DNA of 64,000 bases from Chlamydiota bacterium (GCA_027451825.1 DAIDHZ010000001.1:96745-160744), one strand, 5' to 3'. Positions 45,714 to 55,086 are shown, counted from the first letter of the stretch. A program made the numbers and translations. The notes: generated by a model not told the origin, from the sequence alone.

Positions 45714-46250
45714 ATGACCAAAAAACAATTCCCTCAATCCAAAGTTTATCAACTTCTAGAACCAGGTCCCGTTACATTGGTGACAACCTTCTACAAAAAG
45801 AAAGCAAATGTAATGACCATGTCTTGGCATATGATGATCGATTTTGAGCCTCCCATTTTCGCATGTGTCATCAGCGATCAAAACCACACTTTCAATATCT
45901 TGGCTAAAACCAAAGAATGCGTGGTGAATATTCCGACTGTAGAGTTCGCTCAAAAAGTGGTTCAAGTGGGAAATATCTCTGGAGACACAGTTGATAAATT
46001 CGAAAAATTTCATCTTTTACAAGAACCTGCATCGATCGTGAAAGCTCCTCTACTCACAGAATGTTATGCAAATCTCGAATGTAGAGTCATTGATATGAAA
46101 ATGAAAGCTCAATATAACATCTTCATCTTAGAAGTTCTCAAAGCTTGGATCAGACCCACAAAAAAAAGGCCTCGAATGATTCATCATTGCGGAAATGGTG
46201 TTTTTATAGTCGATGGGAATAAGATCAAAATTCCTTCAAAAAAGAAATGA
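45714..46250 (+). CDS. Flavin reductase-like (FMN-binding split-barrel) protein
   Basis: The pattern L.PGPV.LVTT......NVMT.SW.......PP.....I is typical of flavin reductase domain proteins. Confidence 0.75.
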   Translation: MTKKQFPQSKVYQLLEPGPVTLVTTFYKKKANVMTMSWHMMIDFEPPIFACVISDQNHTFNILAKTKECVVNIPTVEFAQKVVQVGNISGDTVDKFEKFHLLQEPASIVKAPLLTECYANLECRVIDMKMKAQYNIFILEVLKAWIRPTKKRPRMIHHCGNGVFIVDGNKIKIPSKKK

Positions 46251-46304
46251 TCTTCAACATACCGAAAAATCGACGAACTCTTAGTTACGCAAGAGGCCTA
46301 ATAT

Positions 46305-46628
46305 TTACAGACGTGTTTGACAAGTAATTTTACGATCACCTATCGATATCATTCGATTATTTGTATACTGAACCAACTCAGGCCCAATATAAGTTAATCT
46401 TCCTTGCACATACTCAACAAGATCATCACCAACTTGCATGATATTTTCAAATGCATCATATGTGACTTTTCTCTCTCCAATTGCAATCACTCGTCCTGTA
46501 AACGAACTATAACGAACCCTTTCATCTCCGACAAGCGAAGCATCCCATCGTCCTTGAGCATAACATGTTCGAGGCGAAAGGATACAAAAACAATCTACGG
46601 TAGTCACTCTCAACATTCCAAAATTCAA
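46305..46628 (-). CDS. Hypothetical protein with short internal repeats
   Basis: 107-aa ORF with a reiterated ~11-aa pattern (..V.Y...R.I.IG.). No family recognised. Confidence 0.4.
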   Translation of the reverse strand: MNFGMLRVTTVDCFCILSPRTCYAQGRWDASLVGDERVRYSSFTGRVIAIGERKVTYDAFENIMQVGDDLVEYVQGRLTYIGPELVQYTNNRMISIGDRKITCQTRL

Positions 46629-46740
46629 AAACTTGGAAAAGTTTAAATGAGGGCTGCCATCTTGTCAAAACTTATTTTTCAGATCATTTCAAATCTTTAC
46701 AAAATATGTTATTATCTTTAGCATCGAGATCTTTGAAAAA

Positions 46741-47262
46741 ATGAAGAATAAAGAAAATGCTTACTCGGGGCTTCCCTCCGATCTCATCGACGCACAAAAA
46801 TTAGCCTATATACCCAGCGGGATATCTACTTGTAACTACGTCAAAGAAAAAAAAAGTTCTGAATATGGGGCTTATGATTTTACAGCAAACGATCGCCGCG
46901 TCAAATTTCGAATAGCAAAAATCACGCCTACGAAAATTGGGCAATTTGTGACTCTATGGAAGCGCATTGGGGAAGGCCCCATTCTTCCTTTTGATATGGC
47001 CGATCCTATTGACCTATTTGTAATCAGCGTCCGTGATGGAGCACACTTTGGGCAATTCGTTTTCCCAAAAACGATTTTGTGTGACAAAGGAATTGTATCA
47101 AAAAATGGGCTTGGAGGAAAACGGGCAATGCGGGTCTACCCTCCATGGGATGTAGCCGAAAATCGACAGGCAAAAAATACTCAATCGTGGCAGCTCTTCT
47201 ATTTTTTTGAGATCCCTTACGTTCCTGAACGCGTACAAAAATTATTCTCAAGAGTTACATAG
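46741..47262 (+). CDS. MepB-family protein
   Basis: YGAYDF......VKFR.AK.TP.K.GQFV..WKR resembles the MepB domain. Confidence 0.6.
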   Translation: MKNKENAYSGLPSDLIDAQKLAYIPSGISTCNYVKEKKSSEYGAYDFTANDRRVKFRIAKITPTKIGQFVTLWKRIGEGPILPFDMADPIDLFVISVRDGAHFGQFVFPKTILCDKGIVSKNGLGGKRAMRVYPPWDVAENRQAKNTQSWQLFYFFEIPYVPERVQKLFSRVT

Positions 47263-47290
47263 ATTAGCTCGGCTATACCCGTTCCAGTTG

Positions 47291-47321
47291 AAAGGCTTAG
47301 GAGATTAAATCCCAAGCCTTT
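47291..47321 (+). terminator. Hairpin downstream of the MepB-family gene
   Basis: aaaggcttagga-gattaaa-tcccaagccttt (12-bp stem, one mismatch) running into TTTT. Confidence 0.5.
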
Positions 47322-47327
47322 TGAGGC

Positions 47328-47509
47328 ATACTGCGCTTAGGTTAGGTTTTGAAGATTTAGACTGGCTGAGACCTTGCCAAATCGATCTTCGTCGTCGCCC
47401 TTCCCAATTTGGAATGATGCTCCTTCTGCAGACCGCGAGCAATGCTCGCCTCGATTTGGCTTTGTCTCGAGAGAGTCCAAATCTTCAAAACCTAACCTAA
47501 GCGCAGTAT
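47328..47509. repeat. 182-bp palindromic element with 35-bp terminal inverted repeats
   Basis: atactgcgcttaggttaggttttgaagatttagac pairs with gtccaaatcttcaaaacctaacctaagcgcagtat (one mismatch). Inner pairs: gccaaatcga/tcgatttggc and gcgagca-a-tgctcgc. Confidence 0.65.
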
Positions 47510-47672
47510 AGAAAGATGCTATTTGAAGAACCTCTCCTTGAAAAAGGAGAGTATTCTCCTTCGCTTAAAGAGAAGGAGCTCTACGGCGCTTAAATGTAGA
47601 AGCTTAAGCTAACCCACCTCTGAAGGGATGGGATTGCGCCCGAGCAAGCGTTCAAAGCCCTTCTTCTGACGT

Positions 47673-48779
47673 CTATTTTTTTTGTTCATTGCCCGAAGGT
47701 GGATTCGCAGGTTTGTTAGAAGATGCCTGTTCTTGCAATATTTGCGTAGAGCGTGAATACGCTGATAACGCCTGAGGTAAAAGCGCCGAAACTGGATCCG
47801 TATTTTGCGGGATAATCATCGTATTACTCTGACCCAACATTCCGGTCCAAGTCTTTAGCGACTCACTTGCAAGACGAATCGCTGCCGCTTCCGGATTCTT
47901 TCGAATTGCCTCGCCGATTCTTTCAAGTGCTTTTGCTTCTGCATCCGCCTCTATCAATCGTTTTTGCGCATTTCCTTGAGCTTCATTAATCTTTGCAATT
48001 TTGTCCCCTTCAGAACCAAGTTCTGCCGCTCTTTTCTTCCCCTCGGCCTGGTTAATAGCTGCGGATTTTTCCCCTTCCGCATTGAGAACCGTTTCCCGTC
48101 TTTTCCTTTCAGAGGTGACTTGACGAGTCATTTCTTCTTCAATGTGTTTAGGAACAGTAAACCCTTTGATTTCGTATCCTAAACATTCAAGGCCATATTG
48201 AGTTGTGTGTTGATTCACAACATCAAATACTTTTCGATTGATCTCTTCCCTCTTATTGAGAAGTTCATCGAGTGTTAATTCCCCAACTGCATTGCGCATG
48301 GCAGACTGAGCATAAATGGTCGTCAAGCTAAACGGAGAATCTGCTCCATAGGCAGCTTTTTTTGCATCGGTCACTCGAACGATAACGTCTCCTCCAAGCT
48401 GAACTTTAATATTATCTTTTGTAAAAGCTTCTTGAGGCGCTATAGAAAAAGAAACCCTCTTCTCGGGGAAACAATAACGAATGTTATCAACAACAGGAAT
48501 CAAGAAATGAAGACCCGGAGAGAGAACTTTATGAAATTTCCCAAGTCTTTCCACCAAAGCAACTTTTCCTTGAGGGATCACCTTAAATCCAAGGTGATGT
48601 AAATTATTTTGATCTAAAGATAAAGGACTTGATTCTCGAATTTCTGTTGACGTACGACTGGAAGAAAAATGGCGCTGAATCAGTCCTACCGGGATGGTTG
48701 CAGCAAGAAGACGGCTTGCTTGAGGACTTAATCGACGGACCAATCCAGATGAACACCCACTGACAAGATGCATAAACAA
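47673..48779 (-). CDS. SPFH/band-7 protein, stomatin-like protein 2 (paraslipin) type
   Basis: The core resembles SLP-2 throughout (VERLGKFHKVL.PGLHFLIPVVD.IRY ... ERKRRETVLNAEGEK.AAIN.AEGKK). The N-terminal 45 aa lack a TM segment and any acidic residue. Confidence 0.85.
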   Translation of the reverse strand: MFMHLVSGCSSGLVRRLSPQASRLLAATIPVGLIQRHFSSSRTSTEIRESSPLSLDQNNLHHLGFKVIPQGKVALVERLGKFHKVLSPGLHFLIPVVDNIRYCFPEKRVSFSIAPQEAFTKDNIKVQLGGDVIVRVTDAKKAAYGADSPFSLTTIYAQSAMRNAVGELTLDELLNKREEINRKVFDVVNQHTTQYGLECLGYEIKGFTVPKHIEEEMTRQVTSERKRRETVLNAEGEKSAAINQAEGKKRAAELGSEGDKIAKINEAQGNAQKRLIEADAEAKALERIGEAIRKNPEAAAIRLASESLKTWTGMLGQSNTMIIPQNTDPVSALLPQALSAYSRSTQILQEQASSNKPANPPSGNEQKK

Positions 48780-48859
48780 CTCCTTAAATCTTTCAAAGAG
48801 CTAGCAGTATACTTATTGCTCTAATAGTACTCCAAAGATTTTTTGAAGGTGGAGAGGTA

Positions 48860-49066
48860 TACCGAAAAAAATTCAAGAATCGGTTTTGGGCGGTGTCGGC
48901 TTTATCTCAAAATTCGGATCCTCACTCGTGCCTTGCCCATTGGGCAATGGTCACTCGCTCCGAATGCAAATTTTGAGAAGCCTCCTTGCCCAATGGCGAG
49001 AAACTCGCATTACGGGCGAAGCAATGCTTCGTCCTCCATTTCCCGATTCTTGAATCATTTTCGGTA
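48860..49066. mobile_element. MITE copy E (207 bp, longest/complete form), TA-flanked
   Basis: TIRs taccgaaaaaaattcaagaatcgg / ccgattcttgaatcattttcggta, with TA at 48858-59 and 49067-68. It contains both internal modules found separately in copies B and C. Confidence 0.85.
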
Positions 49067-49138
49067 TATCTCAGAACTTTTAGTTTAAAAAATTAAAAAA
49101 CTCACTTATTATTTCGCCAAGTAGGTATATCCAAAGGA

Positions 49139-49498
49139 ATGAATATGAAAAACATACCAAATTGCACGCGATGCGGCTCTGAGTTTACTTACGAAGATAG
49201 GGATTTATATATTTGCCCTGAATGTGGTTATGAATGGAAAGAAAATAAAGAACCAGAGACAACAACGCCTACTGAAACAATCATCAAAGATGCTTTTGGA
49301 AATATACTAAAAGACGGCGATAACGTAACAATCATTAAAGATATTAAAGTCAAAGGCTCTTCTTCAGCCATCAAAGTCGGTGTTAAAATCAAAGGGATTC
49401 GTTTAATTGAAGAAGTCAACGGGCACAATATTGAAGCTAAAGTACCAGGCTTTGGTTCGATGCTTTTAAAATCTGAAGTCGTAAAAAAAGCGAACTAA
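49139..49498 (+). CDS. phnA: PhnA/YjdM zinc-ribbon protein
   Basis: N-terminal C..C....Y.......CPEC..EW zinc ribbon. The C-terminal domain reads D..GN.L.DGD.V..IKD.KVKGSS...K.G.K...IRL......H.I. Confidence 0.8.
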   Translation: MNMKNIPNCTRCGSEFTYEDRDLYICPECGYEWKENKEPETTTPTETIIKDAFGNILKDGDNVTIIKDIKVKGSSSAIKVGVKIKGIRLIEEVNGHNIEAKVPGFGSMLLKSEVVKKAN

Positions 49499-49583
49499 AA
49501 ATTTCAATAAATTTATATAACTCTTGATTTATAAGAACATATATTATAAAATTTCTATTATTAATAGATAAAATATAGTGTCC

Positions 49584-50159
49584 ATGAAAGACTTAAGCGA
49601 GAACGTAGATATCTCTAAATTACTCATTACCTTCCCTGAAAGCAGTGAAGATCATAGGCTACAATTAGTGGGAATGAATGGCGCTATTTTTGCCATCGTC
49701 CATTCCCCTTTGGAGTCGCTCGGACCGATCCGCCTGCATTGCGAAGAATGGAGTCTCATTCTTTTAGCGCCGATCAAGAGCAAATCAAACATTCTCATTT
49801 CTGGAATAAATGTCATTTGTCTTAGCGAAATTGCCTCAGACGAAGGGCATGTGAACATACACGCATCAAATCAACTGGTGAAATTCGCAAATTTATTTAA
49901 ACCTCCCAAGAAAGTCAATGAAATGGGTGAACGAGGCGAATTTCAATTTGATAATGATCCAGGAGCTTTGTTATATTATCATCGATTATTCAAGAGTATT
50001 ATCGATGATGTACGCAATGGAAGCTCTACTTTACTTTCAGCACAACAACAATTTTTCGCAGGCCTTTGTACACTCGCTGATAACATGAAAGGGAAAACAA
50101 AAAATCTAGATCTTCAAAAAGTCCTTGATATTTGGAATATTCCTCATTGTTTGAGTTGA
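49584..50159 (+). CDS. Hypothetical protein
   Basis: ORF of about 191 aa, using the ATG at 49584 rather than the GTG at 49578. No motif recognised. Confidence 0.45.
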   Translation: MKDLSENVDISKLLITFPESSEDHRLQLVGMNGAIFAIVHSPLESLGPIRLHCEEWSLILLAPIKSKSNILISGINVICLSEIASDEGHVNIHASNQLVKFANLFKPPKKVNEMGERGEFQFDNDPGALLYYHRLFKSIIDDVRNGSSTLLSAQQQFFAGLCTLADNMKGKTKNLDLQKVLDIWNIPHCLS

Positions 50160-50171
50160 AAGATTTTCAGT

Positions 50172-51965
50172 TTAATTGGTTTTTTGGGTTCGTTTTTTTT
50201 CTAGTTCTTCCCAACGAAGGTAGAGCTGTTCCATTTGCGTTTCAGCAAGACCAATCGCTGTGCAGATTTCAGAGAGACGCACTGAGTTTTCAGCGATTTC
50301 TTTATCTTCAAGAAGATGGTTGAGCGAGCGCACTTCTTCTTCGAATTTTGTGATTTTTCGCTCGATTCCATCCAATTCCTTTTTTTCCTCGTACGAAAGA
50401 TCTCTCTTTGGGCGCTTTGGAGTTGGGGGCGTTTCTTTTTTCTCTTGTGGATGAAGCCATTTTTTAGAGGCGGCTTCCCATTGGACGTAATCGGGAAAAA
50501 TCTCAGTATTTTCCGGATCTCCTAATCCTAAGATGGAGTTGCAGATCCGATCGAGCATGCACCGGTCATGCGTAATCAAAACAAGAGCCCCTGGAAATTC
50601 GAGAAGACTTTCTTCGAGAGTTTCTAAGGTCGGAATATCAAGATCGTTCGTTGGCTCATCGAGAAGGAGAACGTCAGCTGGTTGAAGCATAAGGTGAGCA
50701 ATTGAAACACGCGCTCGCTCGCCTCCCGAAAGACTTCCGATGGGAAGAGGGAGAAGGTCAGGAGAAAACAGAAAGCGTTTGCACCATCCATTGACATGGA
50801 TTGGATTCCCTTGAAATACGACGTAATCTCCCTTGGGTGAAAGGGCATCTTTAAGGGAAAGATTTGAAGGCAGAAGAGATCGATGCTGGTCAAAATAGAC
50901 AACTTGAAGTCCATCGGCTCTCTTGATCGTGCCGCTATCTGCTTTTATTTCATCGGCTAGAATCCGAAGAAGAGTCGTTTTCCCGGAGCCGTTAGGGCCC
51001 ATAAGACCCATTCGAGTGCCAGGAGATAGCGTAAAGTCGAGATTGCGAAAAAGAGGTCTTTCCCCAAGCTGTTTTGCAAGATTTTTTGCAACGACAAGCT
51101 TTCTTGTCTCTCTTTCTGTTCCGGCGAAATGAATCTTTGCCCGTTTTTGCTGGTTTCGAGCTTGGATATCGGCATAATCTTGTAAAATCTGTTCTGCTTC
51201 ATCGATTCTAGATTGCGATTTAGTCGTTCGAGCTTTCACTCCTGCACGGAGCCACTGTGTTTCACGGCGGGCTTTGGTTGCAATTCGCCTCTCTTGTTGA
51301 AGTTGTCCCTTCAGAAATTCCTCTTTTCGAGCCAGAAATTCTCCGTAAGGCCCATCGATTGCAAAAAGTCCTTTTGGATAAGCTCGATCAATTTCAATAA
51401 CGCGGCTTGTCACATGCTGTAAAAAATAACGGTCGTGACTCACAACCAAATAAGTGGGAGATTCTTGCGCCAAAAACTTTTCAAGCCAGAGGATTCCTTC
51501 CAAATCGAGGTGATTTGTCGGCTCATCAAGAAGAAGAAGATCCGGTGAGACAATCAACTGAGCAGCAAGGCGAAGCCGTTTTTTCCACCCACCTGAGAGC
51601 AAGGCTGCGGAAGTTTCTTTTCCCGTAAAACCTAACTTGCTGAGTTGAATCTCAGCGAGTCGTTCGCGCTCATAAAGAGGAATTTCTTTTTTCAGAGCAT
51701 CCATCAAAATCTGTTTTGGACTTAAATCGGGAAACTCGCAGTTTTGAGGAACGTATCCAACAGCTAAATTGCGTTTAGGAGAGAGAATTCCAGAATCAGG
51801 AACTTCGAGCCCCGCCAGAATCTTCAACAAAGTTGATTTTCCACAACCGTTTAATCCAATCAAGCCAATCCGATCTCCTGAAAAAATGCTAAGAGATAAA
51901 GCTTCAAAAAGAGCGCGCCCTCCATAAGATTTAGAAACAGACTGACAGATAAAAAGTAAATTCAT
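50172..51965 (-). CDS. ABC-F family ATPase (Uup/YheS-like) with a C-terminal coiled coil
   Basis: Two NBDs (GLNGCGKST, GPNGSGKTT; LSGGW/LSGGE signatures) joined by a linker, with no TM domain. Start set at MNLLFICQSVSKSYGG. Confidence 0.85.
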   Translation of the reverse strand: MNLLFICQSVSKSYGGRALFEALSLSIFSGDRIGLIGLNGCGKSTLLKILAGLEVPDSGILSPKRNLAVGYVPQNCEFPDLSPKQILMDALKKEIPLYERERLAEIQLSKLGFTGKETSAALLSGGWKKRLRLAAQLIVSPDLLLLDEPTNHLDLEGILWLEKFLAQESPTYLVVSHDRYFLQHVTSRVIEIDRAYPKGLFAIDGPYGEFLARKEEFLKGQLQQERRIATKARRETQWLRAGVKARTTKSQSRIDEAEQILQDYADIQARNQQKRAKIHFAGTERETRKLVVAKNLAKQLGERPLFRNLDFTLSPGTRMGLMGPNGSGKTTLLRILADEIKADSGTIKRADGLQVVYFDQHRSLLPSNLSLKDALSPKGDYVVFQGNPIHVNGWCKRFLFSPDLLPLPIGSLSGGERARVSIAHLMLQPADVLLLDEPTNDLDIPTLETLEESLLEFPGALVLITHDRCMLDRICNSILGLGDPENTEIFPDYVQWEAASKKWLHPQEKKETPPTPKRPKRDLSYEEKKELDGIERKITKFEEEVRSLNHLLEDKEIAENSVRLSEICTAIGLAETQMEQLYLRWEELEKKRTQKTN

Positions 51966-52080
51966 ACGACGATTTTGCCAGAAAAACGGCATCCTGGAAA
52001 GTACGAAAAAAGGGATTTATGCAAACTTACCGCGGAAGTCAGGAGAGACACGTTTCAGAATTTTTTCACGGCGACTGATT

Positions 52081-53238
52081 TTATTTTCCATCAAGGTGAG
52101 GTAGAAATCCCTTGTCTCCCAATACCTTCATAATACCTCGGAGCAAGTAGTTGTCGCCGAAACTGAGACAATAGTCCTTGAAGCCGATGCGCTGAAGCAT
52201 TTTTTTATCCACAAGCCTCTTGATTTGTCGAGATAGTTCTGCACCGTGCTTTCCCTGAAAGATTTCCTTCAAGTCACTCGATTGGATCATTTTTTTCTCG
52301 ATGGCCATTCTCAATATTTTTGCTTCGACGTCTGTGATATATTTTCTTTCAAGAGAGTGGTTGATTGTGGGTACCAAAATTTCCTTGGCTAGATAGTCAT
52401 AGTCGAGAAGCTTGTCGATTTTCTCAATCTCCTCTTTTAGACCGCGGAGCACGTATTCGCACCAAGCCAGAATACCCGATTTTTCTCCAGTATCAGCTTG
52501 CTCGAGGTACTTGTAGTAATTGTTTCGGTGATTACAGAAAACGGCTGTAGGGTTGATGATTCTCCCTACATTTACATTGAAGCCGAGCTTAATCAACATT
52601 GCGTAAGTGAATAAACGTACTATTCGTCCGTTGCCGTTGCCAAATGGATGTATCCATACGAATCGATGGTGAGCAATCGCTGTCTTTAACAGATCGAATT
52701 TTGGGCCGCTGTCCTGATTGATGAAGTCAAATAATTCATTCATGTATTCATCGACGAGTACCCATTCTGGCGGTAGATGCTTGGATTTTATGATTTGTAA
52801 ATTTGACTTCCTATATTGACCTGGAGTTTTATCCCCCTCTCCTTTTGGCGAAGTGGGTAACCCTTCGACAACCATCCTATGAATTTCACTGACAAAAGCT
52901 CGATTGATCGGATGCTTTTTTACGTTGTTTTCAATAAAATCCATGGCACTTTCGATATTTTGGATCTCTTTAACTCCCATAGGCACGTCAACCTTCTCTT
53001 CTAGTTTGGTCTCTATATACTCAAGAAGAGAAGTGTTATTTCCTTCGATGCGCGCCGAGCCGATACTTTCCAGCATATGGAAAATGCTCTTGAGGTTGAA
53101 AAAAATCTGGGAAGGAGTCGTTCCATCTAAACGTTTTTTCCGAAGATGATTCAAATCGATAATAAGATCCGTTAGAGGAGAGTCAAACGCGGGCTCTACC
53201 AGGGTTAGATCATAGTGTTTAAATTCGGCCTTTGTCAT
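52081..53238 (-). CDS. Fic/DOC (Fido) family protein with an N-terminal inhibitory-helix motif and a C-terminal wHTH
   Basis: The Fic motif is HPFGNGNGRIVR. The (S/T)xxxE(G/N) motif is SARIEGN. A C-terminal winged-helix-like segment is present. Confidence 0.85.
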   Translation of the reverse strand: MTKAEFKHYDLTLVEPAFDSPLTDLIIDLNHLRKKRLDGTTPSQIFFNLKSIFHMLESIGSARIEGNNTSLLEYIETKLEEKVDVPMGVKEIQNIESAMDFIENNVKKHPINRAFVSEIHRMVVEGLPTSPKGEGDKTPGQYRKSNLQIIKSKHLPPEWVLVDEYMNELFDFINQDSGPKFDLLKTAIAHHRFVWIHPFGNGNGRIVRLFTYAMLIKLGFNVNVGRIINPTAVFCNHRNNYYKYLEQADTGEKSGILAWCEYVLRGLKEEIEKIDKLLDYDYLAKEILVPTINHSLERKYITDVEAKILRMAIEKKMIQSSDLKEIFQGKHGAELSRQIKRLVDKKMLQRIGFKDYCLSFGDNYLLRGIMKVLGDKGFLPHLDGK

Positions 53239-53407
53239 TTAACACCCCTTTCTTTAGATCTTTAACATCCGCAGCTTCAAAAGTTTAACATAGAATATTG
53301 CAAGTGCCTGGAAAACAGCTAAATACGATGATATACAAGGAGAGGAATTTTAACAACGCGCTTTTGAAGATTTAGCATCTCCCTCTGAAATCCTTGCGGC
53401 AGGGCAT

Positions 53408-53615
53408 GGTAAAACATTCTTGTAATGCGTAAAAAGTGCGTAATTTGTCCATGACAGTATCAATTTAGCGTTGAATATCAGAGAGAGATGTGACTATAAG
53501 GCAATGAGACATATAACGGGGACGGCTAGAATTCTATTTTCTATAGACAAATCTGAGAGAAATCTACATCAAATTACGCAAATTTTACGCACTAGACGAG
53601 ACGAAACTGGCGTAA
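53408..53615. repeat. 208-bp unit bounded by inverted twin-GCGTAA ends (empty form of 58006..60541)
   Basis: The left end 53408-53450 is about 88% identical to 58006-58049. The right end 53574-53611 matches 60505-60541 at 35 of 38 positions. GCGTAA hexamers are spaced 11 bp apart in each end. Confidence 0.55.
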
Positions 53616-53680
53616 TATTTTGTTTTTTTCATGCCCTCATGATACGATGTTTGAGATGTTCTTGAATAGCAGAGGATTGC

Positions 53681-54385
53681 ATGTTGAAAGTGATTTCGAT
53701 GGGAACTAGATGGCTGTCATTAATCCTTTTAGTACTCTCTGGTTGTCGGGGTCAAAACGAGGGCTTGCTTGACGATCTCTCTGCCTTGAAAAAGGAATTT
53801 ATTGCTGAAGTTCTGCAAGGCTCAATTGAAGAATGTCCTTTTGATTTGTCTTATCATTTTCGAACGGTTTTTTATTCAAAGCAACTTGTCAGTTTATTTG
53901 GGGAATTTCATTCATATACTCATTTGCCTCATGGTTGGACGAAGTATGAGGGGCGCACTTTTTATAAAAATAACGGAAGATTTGAGCCGCTTCTCCTAAG
54001 TCATTTAATTGCAACGAAAGAAAATTGGGAATTTATCCGCAAATATTGCGAAACTCTTTTAAAGAGCGACCCATGTACTTATTTCTCGGGAGAAGAGCCT
54101 CTTCGAACTACTCTTGCATTAGAGGACCTCAATACCTTTACACTTGATGATCAGGCATTGATCTTTGTCTTCCAACCTTATACCGTTGCTGGGGGAACAG
54201 ATGGTCCTCCTATTGTGAGAATTCCTTGGGAGGAGTTGCGTGGAGTTATATCGGCATCTCATCCTCTGTGTGCCATATTGAATGAAACCATTCACTCAAA
54301 ATGCTTCATTGCATCATGGGATGAGAATTCATTAGAGCGTTCATTAAAAGAGTATGATCGTTTTCAAGAACAGTTGAAAAATTAA
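53681..54385 (+). CDS. DUF3298-like lipoprotein
   Basis: Lipobox LILLVLSGC. The C-terminal FQPYTVAGGTDGPPIVRIPWEEL resembles the DUF3298 signature. Confidence 0.65.
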   Translation: MLKVISMGTRWLSLILLVLSGCRGQNEGLLDDLSALKKEFIAEVLQGSIEECPFDLSYHFRTVFYSKQLVSLFGEFHSYTHLPHGWTKYEGRTFYKNNGRFEPLLLSHLIATKENWEFIRKYCETLLKSDPCTYFSGEEPLRTTLALEDLNTFTLDDQALIFVFQPYTVAGGTDGPPIVRIPWEELRGVISASHPLCAILNETIHSKCFIASWDENSLERSLKEYDRFQEQLKN

Positions 54386-55086
54386 CAAACCAAATCCCGG
54401 AACCTTTTCCCTTTGTATTCGGGGCGCAGATAGAGGTTGCCATTAGAAGAATGGACCAAAATTGCATGAATACGCCGTTCGTTTGCCAGTGCTACTGCTT
54501 CTTCTTTCGAGATCCATGCATCAGATCCATTTTTGTGAATGCAGTATTCTTGGATAACACCTCGTTTTACGTGAACTCCGGTGATATACCATACGTCGAT
54601 GAAGTCTTCTCTTCCAGCTACCCATTTTTCGATTTTTTCGATGGCCTTCCAATATTTTTCAAATTCAACAGGACTTAATGAATTGATTTTTCTCATTCGA
54701 TCAAATCCAGTTTCTTCTACGATCGAGTCAATGTGTTTGGGATTATCGGGCGTATAATCAATCGAAGCCTGTTTAAGTGTTTTTGCTCCCCATTTTTTGC
54801 CTGACAGCATATCAACCAACGCTTGATGACCGGTTTTGTAATCGGGATATGTTGCAAAGCCGCCTGCTTTCCCGATTGCTTTGGATGAGCGTTCTTTTCC
54901 CATCGTGTAAAGATTAGCAACTAAATTGCCTGGGTTATTGTTTCTCCAGGCCCATGTTCCGCCGCTTCTGATGATCATATTTCCTTGTTCATCGAAATAT
55001 TGGACGGTTGGTTTGCTTTCGCCAATGTTTGCTGGACCTTCCTGAGCTCGTATGTAAACCATCGTGATTTCCTTTAATCTGATCAA
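54382..55086 (-). CDS. Hypothetical protein (WRNNNPGN motif; DUF3892-like C-terminus)
   Basis: 234-aa ORF. The assignments rest on short motifs only. Confidence 0.5.
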   Translation of the reverse strand: MIRLKEITMVYIRAQEGPANIGESKPTVQYFDEQGNMIIRSGGTWAWRNNNPGNLVANLYTMGKERSSKAIGKAGGFATYPDYKTGHQALVDMLSGKKWGAKTLKQASIDYTPDNPKHIDSIVEETGFDRMRKINSLSPVEFEKYWKAIEKIEKWVAGREDFIDVWYITGVHVKRGVIQEYCIHKNGSDAWISKEEAVALANERRIHAILVHSSNGNLYLRPEYKGKRFRDLVC

